From contig BDGG01000004.1 in the NCBI GenBank assembly GCA_001949185.1, positions 1,203,620 to 1,267,619 of the forward strand: a stretch of DNA of 64,000 nucleotides, written 5' to 3'. This DNA is from Ramazzottius varieornatus (Eukaryota; Animalia; Tardigrada). Numbering within the stretch: position 1 is the stretch's first letter; each line of letters begins with the position of its first letter. The position numbers were made by a program, and so were the translations under genes. Below are positions 25,758 to 37,657 of this stretch, piece by piece. The notes beneath the pieces were generated by a model, which did no database searches, was not told the DNA's origin, and saw only the letters and a list, made by a program, of their open reading frames with translations.

Positions 25758-27164
25758 CTAAAACTGCATGCCCGTCTGAGGAACGTTGCTGTAAGACATA
25801 AAGAACATGATTAGTCTTTCGTTCGTATCATATTGTATTTTTGGCGCAGTGGTCATCGAGGAAAGAGGTTCTCAAAGCGGAAGTCAAGGAGCAGAAGCTG
25901 ACGAAGATTGGGACGTAGGCAAATGAACTGAGCCAGATAGTTTTTCAAAGTGGCGCACACGCTCAGCCAATCGTAATGGAATTGTGCGCCGCTTGAAACA
26001 TTGATCCGGATCAGAATCCTTTTACCCACGTCACTTTTATTCGCTGTAGTACTATGACATGACGTCATGGTACTGTTTCATACGACATAGGCAGCAATAG
26101 CCCTTGTCCTAATGATGATGACAGGATTATGCAAGAATTATTTTATTGTTTGTTCTGTTGACAGTTCCGCGCTGACGTCACCAGTGGCAAAAGTCAGACA
26201 TGGAGCTCTTGATGTTGGTGTAGCTGACTCATGGCTCTTCTGCATATTTCGAACGGCAAACGAAGTCGACAAGCTGGTAGACATTAGCTACAGCTCGAAG
26301 CGTACGTACTGCGACAACATACGGGGGTACGGTGTCGGAAGATCGTTTTGCGGCCCATATTAGGAAGTTGCGCCCATAATATGCTGATCGATCGTCACAG
26401 CGCTACATGTGCGCTTTGACAACTGGCAGCGCCGTGACCATTCGTTTCTCCTCTGGCCACAGTCAAATGCCAGGATTATGGGCAAACTTAGAAAGCCCAA
26501 TAAGTTAAGCTGATCACCGCTTTTTGTTTGCACAAAATCAGCAGGAATTAACTGGCGCTTCGAGAACCTCACAAGGTGCCGCGTAAACCACCCACGCGCA
26601 CTTTGATCGACACCCCCGCCATGACGTCATAGAACCATTATCGTGTACACGACTGGTCGCTCGGGACAAAGGAGCAATCGGAACATGCATTGAAACGTTA
26701 CCTCATTTGTGAGGAGGTGTTGCCGAACTGAGCTCCCATATCCATGGAGAGGGTACCAGCGCCCATACCGAAACCGTATCCCTTAGGTCCGTGCTTGCGT
26801 CCGTAGCAGATTTTGCAGAAAAGGTGGCCTTCGTGCTCTGCTACGTTGACACTGTCCAACAGCTTGTTGCACATGTCTGTAAGACAGAAAACACGGGAGT
26901 TAGCACTGGAATGCCTATTTTTATGGGTTCGCCGGAATCATGTCGGTCTTCCGTGGGTTCACCGTCGGACGGACTGGTGAACACATCACGCAAGGCGTTA
27001 TTGGAGTTGGAAGTGCTATTAGAAAGATAAATCTGAAGGGGGAACTTACCGCATTTGAAGCAGGTCTTGTGCCATTTGAGGCCGGCAGCTAACCTCTCTT
27101 CTGCGCTGTAGACGGACTTGCCGCATTTGGGGCACTTGGCCGATTCGGGAGCAATGAAAGGCAT
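25758..27164 (-). CDS. Muscle LIM protein / cysteine-rich protein (single LIM, Mlp60A/CRIP type)
   Basis: Three exons: [14 protein letters not shown]...WHKTCFKC | MCNKLLDS...[27 protein letters not shown] | [10 protein letters not shown] (last exon 25758-25788). Confidence 0.9.
25911..26035. repeat. Family A copy 5 (muscle LIM intron 2, reverse orientation)
   Basis: GATAGTTTTTCAAAGTGGCGCAC...GTGCGCCGCTTGAAACATTGATC. Confidence 0.8.
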
Positions 27165-28466
27165 GGTGATCGAGTGGAGGTTCCTGGCTGAGCTTCACAG
27201 ATGAAAGGCCGCACTGGACTACAGTTCGTTGTCAACTATATGCCAGTAGCACACGAGGACGGAAGCGGATGAAATGGAGAACGTAAAGCACAAGACTGAA
27301 AGTCACCCAGATGCTAGCTAGATCTTGGTGGCGGCGAAAGCTCGTACACAGAAGGAGAAGGCAGTCAACGCCAGCCTCTAGATCTTACCTAAACATATAT
27401 AGCTCGCAGTTTGCCCTGTCCTGATTATGAGTTGACTTCGAGCTGTACGAGTGAGTCAAGCACTGCATGCTTCCCTTTCGGGTTGGCTCACTTATTTGCG
27501 CTAAGCAAGCGTGACCATGCGTGGGCAGAAAGGGCATATATCGAAGACGGTAGACCAGCCAGGAGCTAACTTCGGCTGTGACAAGCCACGTCTGGCGACT
27601 CCTCCGCCATTTCCTGCTTCCGGTGTGGCGGGGGCCGGATCAGTTCATTTAGGGCATCCCACAGCATCCCACAGCTGTGACTCAAAACGAACTAATTAGG
27701 CGATTATTTAACGCTTCCGACGATGAGCAACGCAACAGGTACCCACTTTCGGCGTACAAGTTACGTGATCAACACCACCACCACAGAGCACGGCCTCGGA
27801 CCTCGAAGGAGATGCCGAAGACCTTGCGAATTAAGATCCACACGATTTCTGGTACGTTGCCAGCGTGCAGCAACGTGATGGGTCTAGTTTGTATCTCTTC
27901 CCTATACCTTTTCCTGCCAAGAACGTATTCGACACAATGAGCTCCCGATCGAACTGAACCAGGCTCGTGAAGTGCGTCATTTCATCTAGCGTACGAGCTA
28001 CTGCTGCGAAGAACCCCGAATTCGCCACCAAAAACCCATCTAACTTGGGTCGCTAGTCCTTCACCGCATACTCGTACTGTATTACTGCATATATTATTCT
28101 ACAAGGCAGGCCGTATGACTTCTCGTGCTTGAAAACACGCACGGCTGCCATATTCAACAAGTCTGCCACATGTACAAGGTTAAGTTAATTGGCGTAAACT
28201 CTCGATTTGGTCCACAGTCACACAAGCCGGCACTACGCCGAACTACCGAAGAAGACCAAGCTTCCTTTTCATGATGAAAATATTCGTCCTCTTCAAATCA
28301 GCAACACGGAATTCGCTGTTCCAAACCAATGGACCATGCAAAACGCCATTATCGTCTCCTTCACACCATTAATCACCGAGTTACATTCAGATCTAACCAT
28401 CATCACAATCACTCTGCCAAAAAGCTCTGCGAATCATCGTAGCACTGCCTAGTCAACAAGCACGGG

Positions 28467-31400
28467 CTAATCAAGCATCTGGCGTCTTCTGACACGCACC
28501 TCGTTCTCGCTAGTGGTTTCTTCCAGCTTGCTAGTACTCGGCCCGAACATGGGGCTGACTTGATTACCACGTCGACCCTGCGACAGCTTATGCTTGCTAC
28601 TGGTCACCTGGCTGCTGCTCTGCTTATCCTCCGCCGGAGAACTCCTCACATTGACCGAAGACCAGACACTGTCCAGCTGACCTTGCATCGACTGTCCGCC
28701 CATTAATCCACCAGGACCTCCCAGTGGTTCCAGCAGAGTCTCTTCCTTCTGCTTGAGACTCTCATCAGTCGTCACTGGGTTCTTCTTCCCTACGCTTACC
28801 TGATTGCTTGTACCAGTACTTGGTCCCTTTTGGCTTTGGCTGCTTTGCAAAAGATTGTTCTGTAATTGCATGTTCTTGCCTGTACTTGCGTTTGGTGAAG
28901 GACTCGGGCTTTCAAGCTGCGAGCTAGGTATGGTTTCCAAGCGGCGACCTGACTTGTCTGTACTGCCGGAAGTCGAAGACGAGGGTGAAGGAGAGGTTAG
29001 CGGTGGCCGATCTTCCTCCGTCACAAACACGTGTCGCAATGGCAAGCGATCGTACGGCGTGTCCCTTGTCAGACCATTAAACGCCGTCGAAACGTAACTG
29101 CATCACATATTCATTAAAGTTACCGAATCAAGAATGGTGCTTCGGCAAACAAACGCTACAAGATCGTTTCCGTAAGTGCCGCACGTTTCCATTGTTGCTT
29201 GCTGAAAGTGTGCGCCGCTTGGAAAACTAATCTTGTCGAGCTTCCGAACACTTCGTAAAGCTTTACTGTTCGATTTACTGCAGTGAATCATGAATACTTT
29301 CTCTCACAGATGATAATCCAAAAATCAGGAAAAAACTCGGACCACATAAGCATGAACAGGGTGGTTGCAGAGACATTTCGGACCAAGAAAGGGGACTTTG
29401 ACGGCATCGACAGTACAGTCAAGCTACAGCTCGACGCAGTACAATGCAAAAATATTATTTTTCGGTCACTAGCTCTTTTCATCGGGAATTACACTGGACT
29501 TTCTTTCAAACCAAGAAAGAAAGCCACCACAGACATCATAGTACAAAAAGGTGAAGAAAGCTGCCTGACTGCGGTGCTAAAGTACGTCAAATGCTCAAAA
29601 CAAAGAAAACCCTCCAGTAGCTTTCCCACAAGCAAAAAGAGTCGAGGTCGCTGCGATGGGGGAAAAAGGGACGAAGGAAAGTAGTGTGAACTGCTGGTAC
29701 AGTATCCCATCATGAAGAGGAATACTGATCAACACGAATGATGTATCAGCCAGCATGACTATTTCAGTCTTCTGTTATGATGACCACTGGCTATTAGCTG
29801 TCACATTCATCAGTTCGGAAGGCCTAATCAACAGGAAACAATATCAATCAATTGACCGAGACCTCAAGACCTCTGGTTAACTTCTACGTAAACCTTTTCA
29901 AAACCATTTGGCTTGTTTCAACGAATAGACTGCTTAATGTTGGACCAATGTTGGTAAGTGGTCCAACATTAAGTAGAAGCCACTTACTTCTTTCCAAAGC
30001 GAATGTGGATGAAGAAGAAGACACCAGCTAAGAGGAGGCAGACCGAGCCCACGGTGATGTAGGCAATGCCCAGGAATGGATTGCGACCGCCGATCCACGA
30101 CGTGGAGGAGATGATGACGTATTTCCGCCCATCAAAATCCACCACCGGATAGTCTGTCGAGATAGAACAATAATTCAGTCAGAAAGTCAATCGATTTGAC
30201 GCACTCGAGCTCCCCGGGGAATTAGCAGGTATATTCATACTATAATCAATCTCTAAAGAGTAGTTGCCGGCCGGAAGGCCAGCTTGAAAGACGTCGGTAT
30301 GGTTAACACGACGATACAGCTTGCGGAAGGAAGGAAAAGCCGCTGTCCGCATCCACACGATCAAGTCTTCATTCTTTAGCCCATTGTTGGTTTCGTCCTC
30401 TGTGTCCAACTCCCACAGTTCCTTCTTCCAGAAAGTTGGTTTGACAAGCCTGTTACTTTGCATAGCTACAATCACAATATAGTATAGTCTCAGTACTAGT
30501 CCGAAGTTAACATCACAACTACGGGAACTGTCTAGAATTTGTACCTTCTCTGATACCAGCTGCACTGTTGTCGCCATTAGGATTGTTGAATTTAGTGCTC
30601 TTGTCGGACGCCCAAGCGATGCCGGTTCGTACTAGGCCGACATCCTTGACGGTATCGGCACTTTGTCCACCCGTTGAACCCAGATATTTCAACCGGATCG
30701 TGTCTAGAAAGACAAGGACAAGATGTAGCGCAACTAGCAAACTAATTTTCGGTGTCGGTAGTTACCATTGAACAGACTCCTGGCGATGGCTCCGCAAGGC
30801 GCGAACGCAACGCCCGGCGCGCCGTTCTGCGACGGTTGATACACAAGGTAGGGAGCACAGTCGGAACTAGGTCCACTGTATGTCCCGTCAGCAGCAACTA
30901 CTGCTTGTTTGAACTTGCCCATCAGCTGGTCGTCGTCGCGTGACTTGACGTACTTCCGGTGGTTTTGGAAGAAGTTGTCCAGTGCGTAGTACAGGAAAAC
31001 TGGACCCTGGGAAAACCAATTGATTCTGCCGGTTCCCCTCCGCCCTGTTGGATAAGCCAAGAAAGCTTACCGTTATATTTTCGGTTATCGTGAAAGCTTC
31101 GCGACATTTGCAGCCGTCGTTGCCACCTGCCGACACATTGGCGCATGATTGCTCCGATATGGATCCCCTGATATACTGATTGCAGTTCGTATACTCAATC
31201 TGGTGTTCCGTCACCTGTATGAAATCCCCGTTGTAATTCGATAAGATTGTACGAGGAATATCAGGGAAGATTTACACTGGTGGCGGAGAGAAGCAGCGCT
31301 ACTCCAATAGGAATGAAGGCGATACCAATGGCTACCAGGAAAGGTAGGACCGACTTGGCCGTCAGCATCGGTTGCCATGCTGGTAACTGCTGCTGCTTGA

Positions 31401-31768
31401 ACCTTGTATCTGCAAAACAGATAGATGTCAGGAGTAACAACCCAGCAGTGGCAACGGAGAAGCAGTGCAGTCCGTGGGAGGACCGCTCTAGACAGGCACG
31501 GCCTTAGGAAAAATTGTCGATCAAGGCCGTGCTGTCTAGGGAAGGTCCTCATGCCTGCCCGTAAACAAATAACAAGGTAAACCAAAATTGTCGTTCAAAC
31601 TCGCGCAGTCACGTGACTAGTTATATTGTAGAAGGATGACACGATCATGTGACAACACTTACTTGCAGGTTTACGACTACGACGCGATTCGTCCACGGGT
31701 GGCGATGGTCCGTGTCCCGTTGCTCCGCTGTTGGCAGCCAGATTGATGGTAGATGTGGGAGCCTGCAT
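28467..31768 (-). CDS. TMEM30A: CDC50/TMEM30 P4-ATPase flippase beta subunit
   Basis: [80 protein letters not shown]. The core ends at 29988; the terminal exon 28467-29097 is inferred from an in-frame splice. Confidence 0.93.
29143..29246. repeat. Family A copy 6 (inferred last CDC50 intron)
   Basis: GATCGTTTCCGTAAGTGCCGCAC...GTGCGCCGCTTGGAAAACTAATC. Confidence 0.75.
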
Positions 31769-32832
31769 TGCGATAGACTTGGTTGTTCTTTAGGTACCCT
31801 AGAAGGTGGAGAAGGAACAGGATGTCCAAATGGAACTGGATTCTTCAAGCGACGAGACTCAAGGTTGAAGGTTGGTCATGGTGTACAGGCTTGATGGAAG
31901 GATGATCACGTTGTTACATCATCGGTCCGTGCTGTAGAACCTAAAGGGATGACAAAGATAGGGAGAGAAGGGGACCAGAAGAAAATCAATGCAGGTGTTA
32001 CGTGAGAACTACTCTGAGAACAGATGAGCAAGTGGGAGTAGTGCACAGTAAACAGTTCGTCACCCACAAACAGGCCTATATCGGCCTCAAGGTTGTTCAA
32101 TCAAGCCGCGCAGGTACAATGCACATGACGTCACGTCACAAACGTTACATCCGGTTCCTCGTCTCCGCCAAAGCTGATTCTTCAACTTCGCCGGGACGAT
32201 CTGAACCACGATTTGACTTTTGCTCTGTGAGTTCTGAACTTTTTTGAGATCATAACTCGGTGAATGTTTCCAGTGAAGCTTGGGTTCCGGCTGCTAGTGA
32301 TCAAAGCTTCAAAAGTGGAATACTATAGTTTGACAAACGTGGACCTCACCGCGCGCATCGGTTCGCGAGTTACTGGTTGAGGATCATCTCCCCCTTAGTT
32401 GGAAACACCTGAAACTTGGACGATTTGATTCATAGGATCACATAAGGTTTGTTCTAGCAGTGTCCTATCATCCAAAGACCCAGTCCGCGTTCCTCTGGGG
32501 AACAGTGGCGCCGGCATATCTGAGCGGGATAACTGCGCGAGTTCAACAGTTACTGTGGCCATGACTACTGACCACTCCGCAACCGGTAATGCGGACGTCC
32601 CAAGTCGATCAAATCAAAAATTTCACTGTCAAAATTTGTGGAAAGGATAATTGTTTTAAGACTGAATGGATGTTCCTTGATAGACTGCCGATTTGATGTG
32701 CTATGCAGAAAGTAGTAAAATGGATCTAATTACGGATCTTAGTATTTTACGATAGACACGCGACGTTCAAAATGATATCTAAAACCATCGAAAAGTTGTC
32801 GTGAGCTACACTGCTTCATTTTCTGGTTCGGA

Positions 32833-35176
32833 ATGTCGCGCAGTTCCTCGTCGTTCGGCGTGACCCCCATTGACAGTATGTTATCACGGAATCTGGTCGT
32901 CTTTCTGGATTGGCAAGAGGAATCCCCTTCCTTCAATTACCAGTACAAAAAGTGGACGGACATGCTTGTGAGTGACTTTGAGGTTGAGGTTCGACAGTGC
33001 ACTTTGATGTCGCTAGACTGTCACGAACTACAACGAACCAACCTTATTATCATCGACGCTTCGCACAGTCAGCTCACAACGGCGGAAGTCAAAGCTCTGG
33101 AGGTGCTGCAACAAGAAGGCATCTCCTTGTTTCTGTTGTCAAGTTTACACATGAACGGAGAAGCCCCGAATAACAACCTGGACGATTTTCTTCACCGACA
33201 GGGTCTGACATTCTGTGGAACGCAACCCGTCATGCAGCGCACTCCATCAACTTACCTCCATCCAAAGGTGCGCCACTTTAGCTTCCTGCCTTTGAACTCC
33301 TGCACAGTGGAATACGTATCTGAATAAAAAACTTTAATTCATGTAAATATGCAGAAGTACGAAGCTGCCTTACCTCCCAGGTCGAACCTAATCTATGTGC
33401 TTTGAAGGAAGCTCTCATACGGGATGGTTTACCGGAGGGTTCGCCCCTTGCCGAAGACGCTGAAACGAGTCTTGCTTTTCTCTACCCTTATGGATGTACG
33501 CTAAAGACTCCAAGTTCTACGTCTAACAGCGCAACACACCCTTTGTTGTCATCTGGGACCACTTGTTATCCGCCGAACCAACCACTTTGTCTCCTGCATC
33601 TTTCCGCCCAGCTGAAAGACCGCACCGAACCTGGCAAGATCCTTTGCTTTGGTTCCTCGCAAACATTCGACGACCAGTTCATCGAGGTGGAAGGCAACCG
33701 TAAACTATTGGAAAAGATCATCCATCTGATGTTGATGCCGGTGTCGTTGATCAAAGCCAATTATCCCAAATTAGCCATCACTGACAAACCCGGAAGTCAG
33801 CTCGACTACCCACCACCAAAACCGCAAAGAAAGCTGCGGCCAGCGCCGGTTTTGAGTCCATCGTACCTTAAGTCTTTCGATATCGACGAATATCTGGAAG
33901 GACTAATGAGACCTGCAAAAGAACACTCACGCTTCCGGCAGTTGCTCCAGCTACAGGCTGCCATTGAGACCACCGCGAAGGAATTCGACGTCAGCTGGGA
34001 CCTCGATACCGTACGCAGTGTTCCCTCCTTAGAAGGTTATCTACCGGACATACCTTTCCCAATCTTCGAGCCAGAAGCACCGGTTCCTGGAGCACCGCAG
34101 TTAGAGATGTTCGACCTCGACGCGCTGTTAACAGTCAAACGCCAACAAGAACTCTCCGCACCACTAACAGGTGCGCTCTGCAAATGAATTCTACATAATA
34201 AATGAGATTTAATTCTGAATGAGACAGTATGAAAGAATTATGACGGCGTATATTACAGCTTTGCCTTCACCGGAAGACATGCAAGACGATCATGCAGATC
34301 ACTTTCTCATTCAACGAGTGAACGAAGTTTGCACAGTGAGACAAAATGTTTCTTCCCTCCTTTCTATCTCCGACGCTCACGAGCTACGCCAAGTCGTGCA
34401 AGCTCTGCAATACAGAAGATCTGGGGTACGGTACAATATCGGTATTACTGTTCTTATTTTCCCACTGCGTTCACTGAAACGTGTTTTTCCGTTGTACGCA
34501 GACTGACAAAAGGGAGAAGAGGAGCAAAGACCACTCGAGAGCGGAAAGGTCGTTCGGGCCTGATAATACCCATCTAGGGAACCACACTCCACAGTTCTCG
34601 CTGGCCCAAGCCGCGGACTACTTATACACTCCGACTGCAGTCCCTCTGAGTGACGTTGAAATCGTGGAAGATTGCTTGCTTCGGCGAAAAAGGGTCGAAG
34701 GAGTCAGGCTAGCATTAACCAGTCTTCAAGAACCTCAACAGCCTCCTCCATCTTCTGCCTCCGTCCAGCACACTCTAGCTACGGATACTCGTTCCTGTGT
34801 TCTGTCCGTTGCCAACGAGAAGTTTCCGGTGAAGACCCTCGGTTCCGCTAGGAGTTCGCTGATGTCGAGTTTGACGGCTCGTTCCTCTTCGATGCTATCT
34901 TCTTCCGCTAGTCTTGTCCCTAACAATGCTGATGTGTGGAGAGCTCATAACAGTCCTTTCTCTCGAGGTCCGATGAGCTTCGATTCATATTCGAGCGGAG
35001 CTGTACCTTCTGAAATCAGCCGCTCCAATGGCGATTCCAACCACCCATTGTCTACCAGAAGGATAAAACCATTAAATGCACAGAATCTGTATAAACAATT
35101 TTCCATCTCCTATTTATACTCTACTTCGCCAAGAACCGGGTCGAGTAAACATAAAACTAGAAAAAAAACCAGATGA
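32833..35176 (+). CDS. IFT52: Intraflagellar transport protein 52-like (divergent)
   Basis: GIFT-domain-like motifs YLHPK|EALI, FLYPYGCTL, LLSSGTTCYPPNQP, GKILCFGS..FDDQFI, then Pro-rich P..EMFDLD. The Ser-rich last exon (34502-35176) is inferred. Confidence 0.8.
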
Positions 35177-35233
35177 GCTGGTAAAGGTGAAATTTCAAGA
35201 GAGGTTCATAAAATAGTAACAACGAGCAATAAT

Positions 35234-36115
35234 TTAGTGAAATTTATTATCCAATTTTTCGAAATTATTTCCTTCCGTAAAACGGATATGGGAGCTCGGA
35301 GCAAGAGACTGAGTTCTCACTACATTACGACGCTTCAGATCTTCGGTCAAGTAATCTCGATGAATAGGGTGCCCGCGCGCCTCGCGAAAACGATGGTGGG
35401 CTTCCTCGTAGGACAAGGAGAGCTTTTCCATCATGTACCTGCATACAAACCAACCTGTGCGGTTTATACCGTGCGTGCAGTGCACAGCGACGACTTGGTC
35501 CGAGGGCGCATTGGCCAGAAAAGTATCCACGGTTTGTCTGAAACTGCGGAATGATCCTTCCGTCGGAACAGTCTGTAAGCAAAAACGAAACTCCCACCGA
35601 GTGGCATAACTATAGCGAGTTATAACGAATATTTTACTTACTCGTCCAGCTACGAGAATTTTCTTATGCTGGATTTCGTGGTTAATTTCCATATCCTCCC
35701 CACGATAGTATTTCGCACTGAAGGTGAGATCGATCACAAGACCAACTTTGATGCTTTTGTGGCTCATACGATCGAAAAAGTGTTGGCAGGTGAAGGCAAC
35801 ATCACTGGGCACAGGCTCGAAGCGATATAAGGACATGTTGTCAATCGGAGTTTTGCAACAAAGAATCCGCATCCCGGGAATGACTTCGCCAATCGACGTG
35901 TAGTCCAACCAGCCATCTGGAAGAGCGGAAATTATACGTCTTGGGGGTTCTCCGCTTTCGACATCTCCAGAGGTCTGCTCGGACGGTGGGTCGCTGGCGC
36001 TGCCATTCGTACTTCTGGTCTGCATGGCGCTGTCCTGCACAGGCTGTACTACCTCCGTGCTGGCTCCACGTTGCTTTCTACTTTTCGTCCTCCTCCCTTG
36101 ACGTCCCTCCTCCAT
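35234..36115 (-). CDS. DUSP11: RNA 5'-phosphatase DUSP11/PIR1-like
   Basis: LPDGWLDY, CKTP, GLVIDLT and catalytic VHCTHGINRTG, FREARGHPI. No guanylyltransferase domain. One short in-frame intron near 35575-35640. Confidence 0.88.
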   Translation of the reverse strand: MEEGRQGRRTKSRKQRGASTEVVQPVQDSAMQTRSTNGSASDPPSEQTSGDVESGEPPRRIISALPDGWLDYTSIGEVIPGMRILCCKTPIDNMSLYRFEPVPSDVAFTCQHFFDRMSHKSIKVGLVIDLTFSAKYYRGEDMEINHEIQHKKILVAGRVSKIFVITRYSYATRWEFRFCLQTVPTEGSFRSFRQTVDTFLANAPSDQVVAVHCTHGINRTGWFVCRYMMEKLSLSYEEAHHRFREARGHPIHRDYLTEDLKRRNVVRTQSLAPSSHIRFTEGNNFEKLDNKFH

Positions 36116-36509
36116 GCTGCCACGCTTATGCTACCAAAGTCGATCCGATGTCGAGACGGAACGGTGGAAAATGAATTGGAAAAGACGATTAATTAAAATT
36201 AAGACATTCTACCTTCTAAAGTTCTAATTGTAGGTTCTAACTAACAAGATCCCGCTACACCAAGACTGTCACCAATCAACTCGCTATCTCAACGTGCGAT
36301 TTCAAGACAGTTTAATCGCAATTTCTCTATTCTAAAGTTGTCAATCAAAATTTTAAATTAATAATTATTAATAATTTTTTGCTAATCAGTAATTACTAAG
36401 GTGGACTGGACATCTTCCGAAATCCTAACTACAACACACTGATGTTTTCTCGTCTTCACAGTATCTCAAGAGAGCAGCGTTTTTTGACGGCGTGCGTGGT
36501 TGGAAGTGG

Positions 36510-37235
36510 ATGTTACTGCGTTTTGCTCTGGCCAGAGCACTGGCAGTTGGTGGGGGATCCGGAACACTTACCGTTTCACGAATGTTCAGTGGAGCCAGTC
36601 AACCGGAAATGGGAGACGATGACGCCATCCCCAAAGTCATCTTTATCCTCGGACCACCAGGCTCGGGTAAAGGGACTCAGTGCAGCCTGATCACCCAAGA
36701 CACCGACTTCGTCCATCTGTCAGCTGGCGATCTCCTCCGTCAGGAGTGCGGTACACCAGGCTCCAAATACGGCCAGCTGATCTCCCAGCGCATCAAAGAC
36801 GGACAAATCGTCCCTGTCGAAATCACCTGTGCCCTCCTGGAACACGCCATGCAGGCTTCTGGCCAGCAGCACTTCCTCATTGACGGCTTCCCGCGGAATG
36901 AGGACAACCTGCAGGGGTGGACAAAGACTATGGGCTATAAGAGCCATGTTCTCTTTCTGTTGTTTCTACAGGCCCCGGAAGCGGTCTGTATAGAGCGGAT
37001 CCTGGACCGTGGGAAGAGCAGTGGCCGAACAGACGATAACGTGGAAAGTCTCAAGAAGCGGTTCCAGACGTATGTTCAAGATACATTACCCATCGTGAAG
37101 TATTACGAGAAGCTGGGCTTAGTGCGAACGGTGGATTCCACCCTATCACCAATGATGGTTCATCAGAGTGTCATGAAGATCCTCAACGAATCCCTCTCTC
37201 AAACCACCTCCAGTTGTGAACATCAGAACTGCTGA
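36510..37235 (+). CDS. CMPK1: UMP-CMP kinase (adenylate kinase family), intronless
   Basis: [43 protein letters not shown]. The N-terminal Arg/Ala-rich extension resembles a presequence. Confidence 0.93.
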   Translation: MLLRFALARALAVGGGSGTLTVSRMFSGASQPEMGDDDAIPKVIFILGPPGSGKGTQCSLITQDTDFVHLSAGDLLRQECGTPGSKYGQLISQRIKDGQIVPVEITCALLEHAMQASGQQHFLIDGFPRNEDNLQGWTKTMGYKSHVLFLLFLQAPEAVCIERILDRGKSSGRTDDNVESLKKRFQTYVQDTLPIVKYYEKLGLVRTVDSTLSPMMVHQSVMKILNESLSQTTSSCEHQNC

Positions 37236-37657
37236 TTCATGCATGTCGTTAGCCTCTCATTTCTCTCTAAAACCTACGAGTTTATTGAGCAAACTTTCCA
37301 GTTCTTGTTGTGTTGTCAAGACGTTGAAATTTCGATTCCATCATATTTCATCCTAGCGAGAAACTTTGGTTTTGTTCATACAACATTAGGTTCCTACAGC
37401 AAGTCAAGCATCATGAAAACAGACTGTCGAATAAATAACATTCCGGTATATACAACAGGACAAGTGAAGATTTGTATCCATATCTCGACGATGGCAGCTT
37501 ATCTTCCAGTGTGTCACTTCCGAGTAGACTGGCGAAGCACATCACGCATCACCCGTCACCGCGGTTTGCAGCACACAGTGCTCATATCAATATTTCGTAC
37601 CTTTCAAAAGAGCATGCGGTAATGGAGCTTTTCCCACCAAAAGGCACGCTGGGGACC

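Noticed and set aside
33268-33280. GTGCGCCACTT half-site at an IFT52 splice donor
   Set aside because: Only one arm is present and it is too short to call a family A copy.
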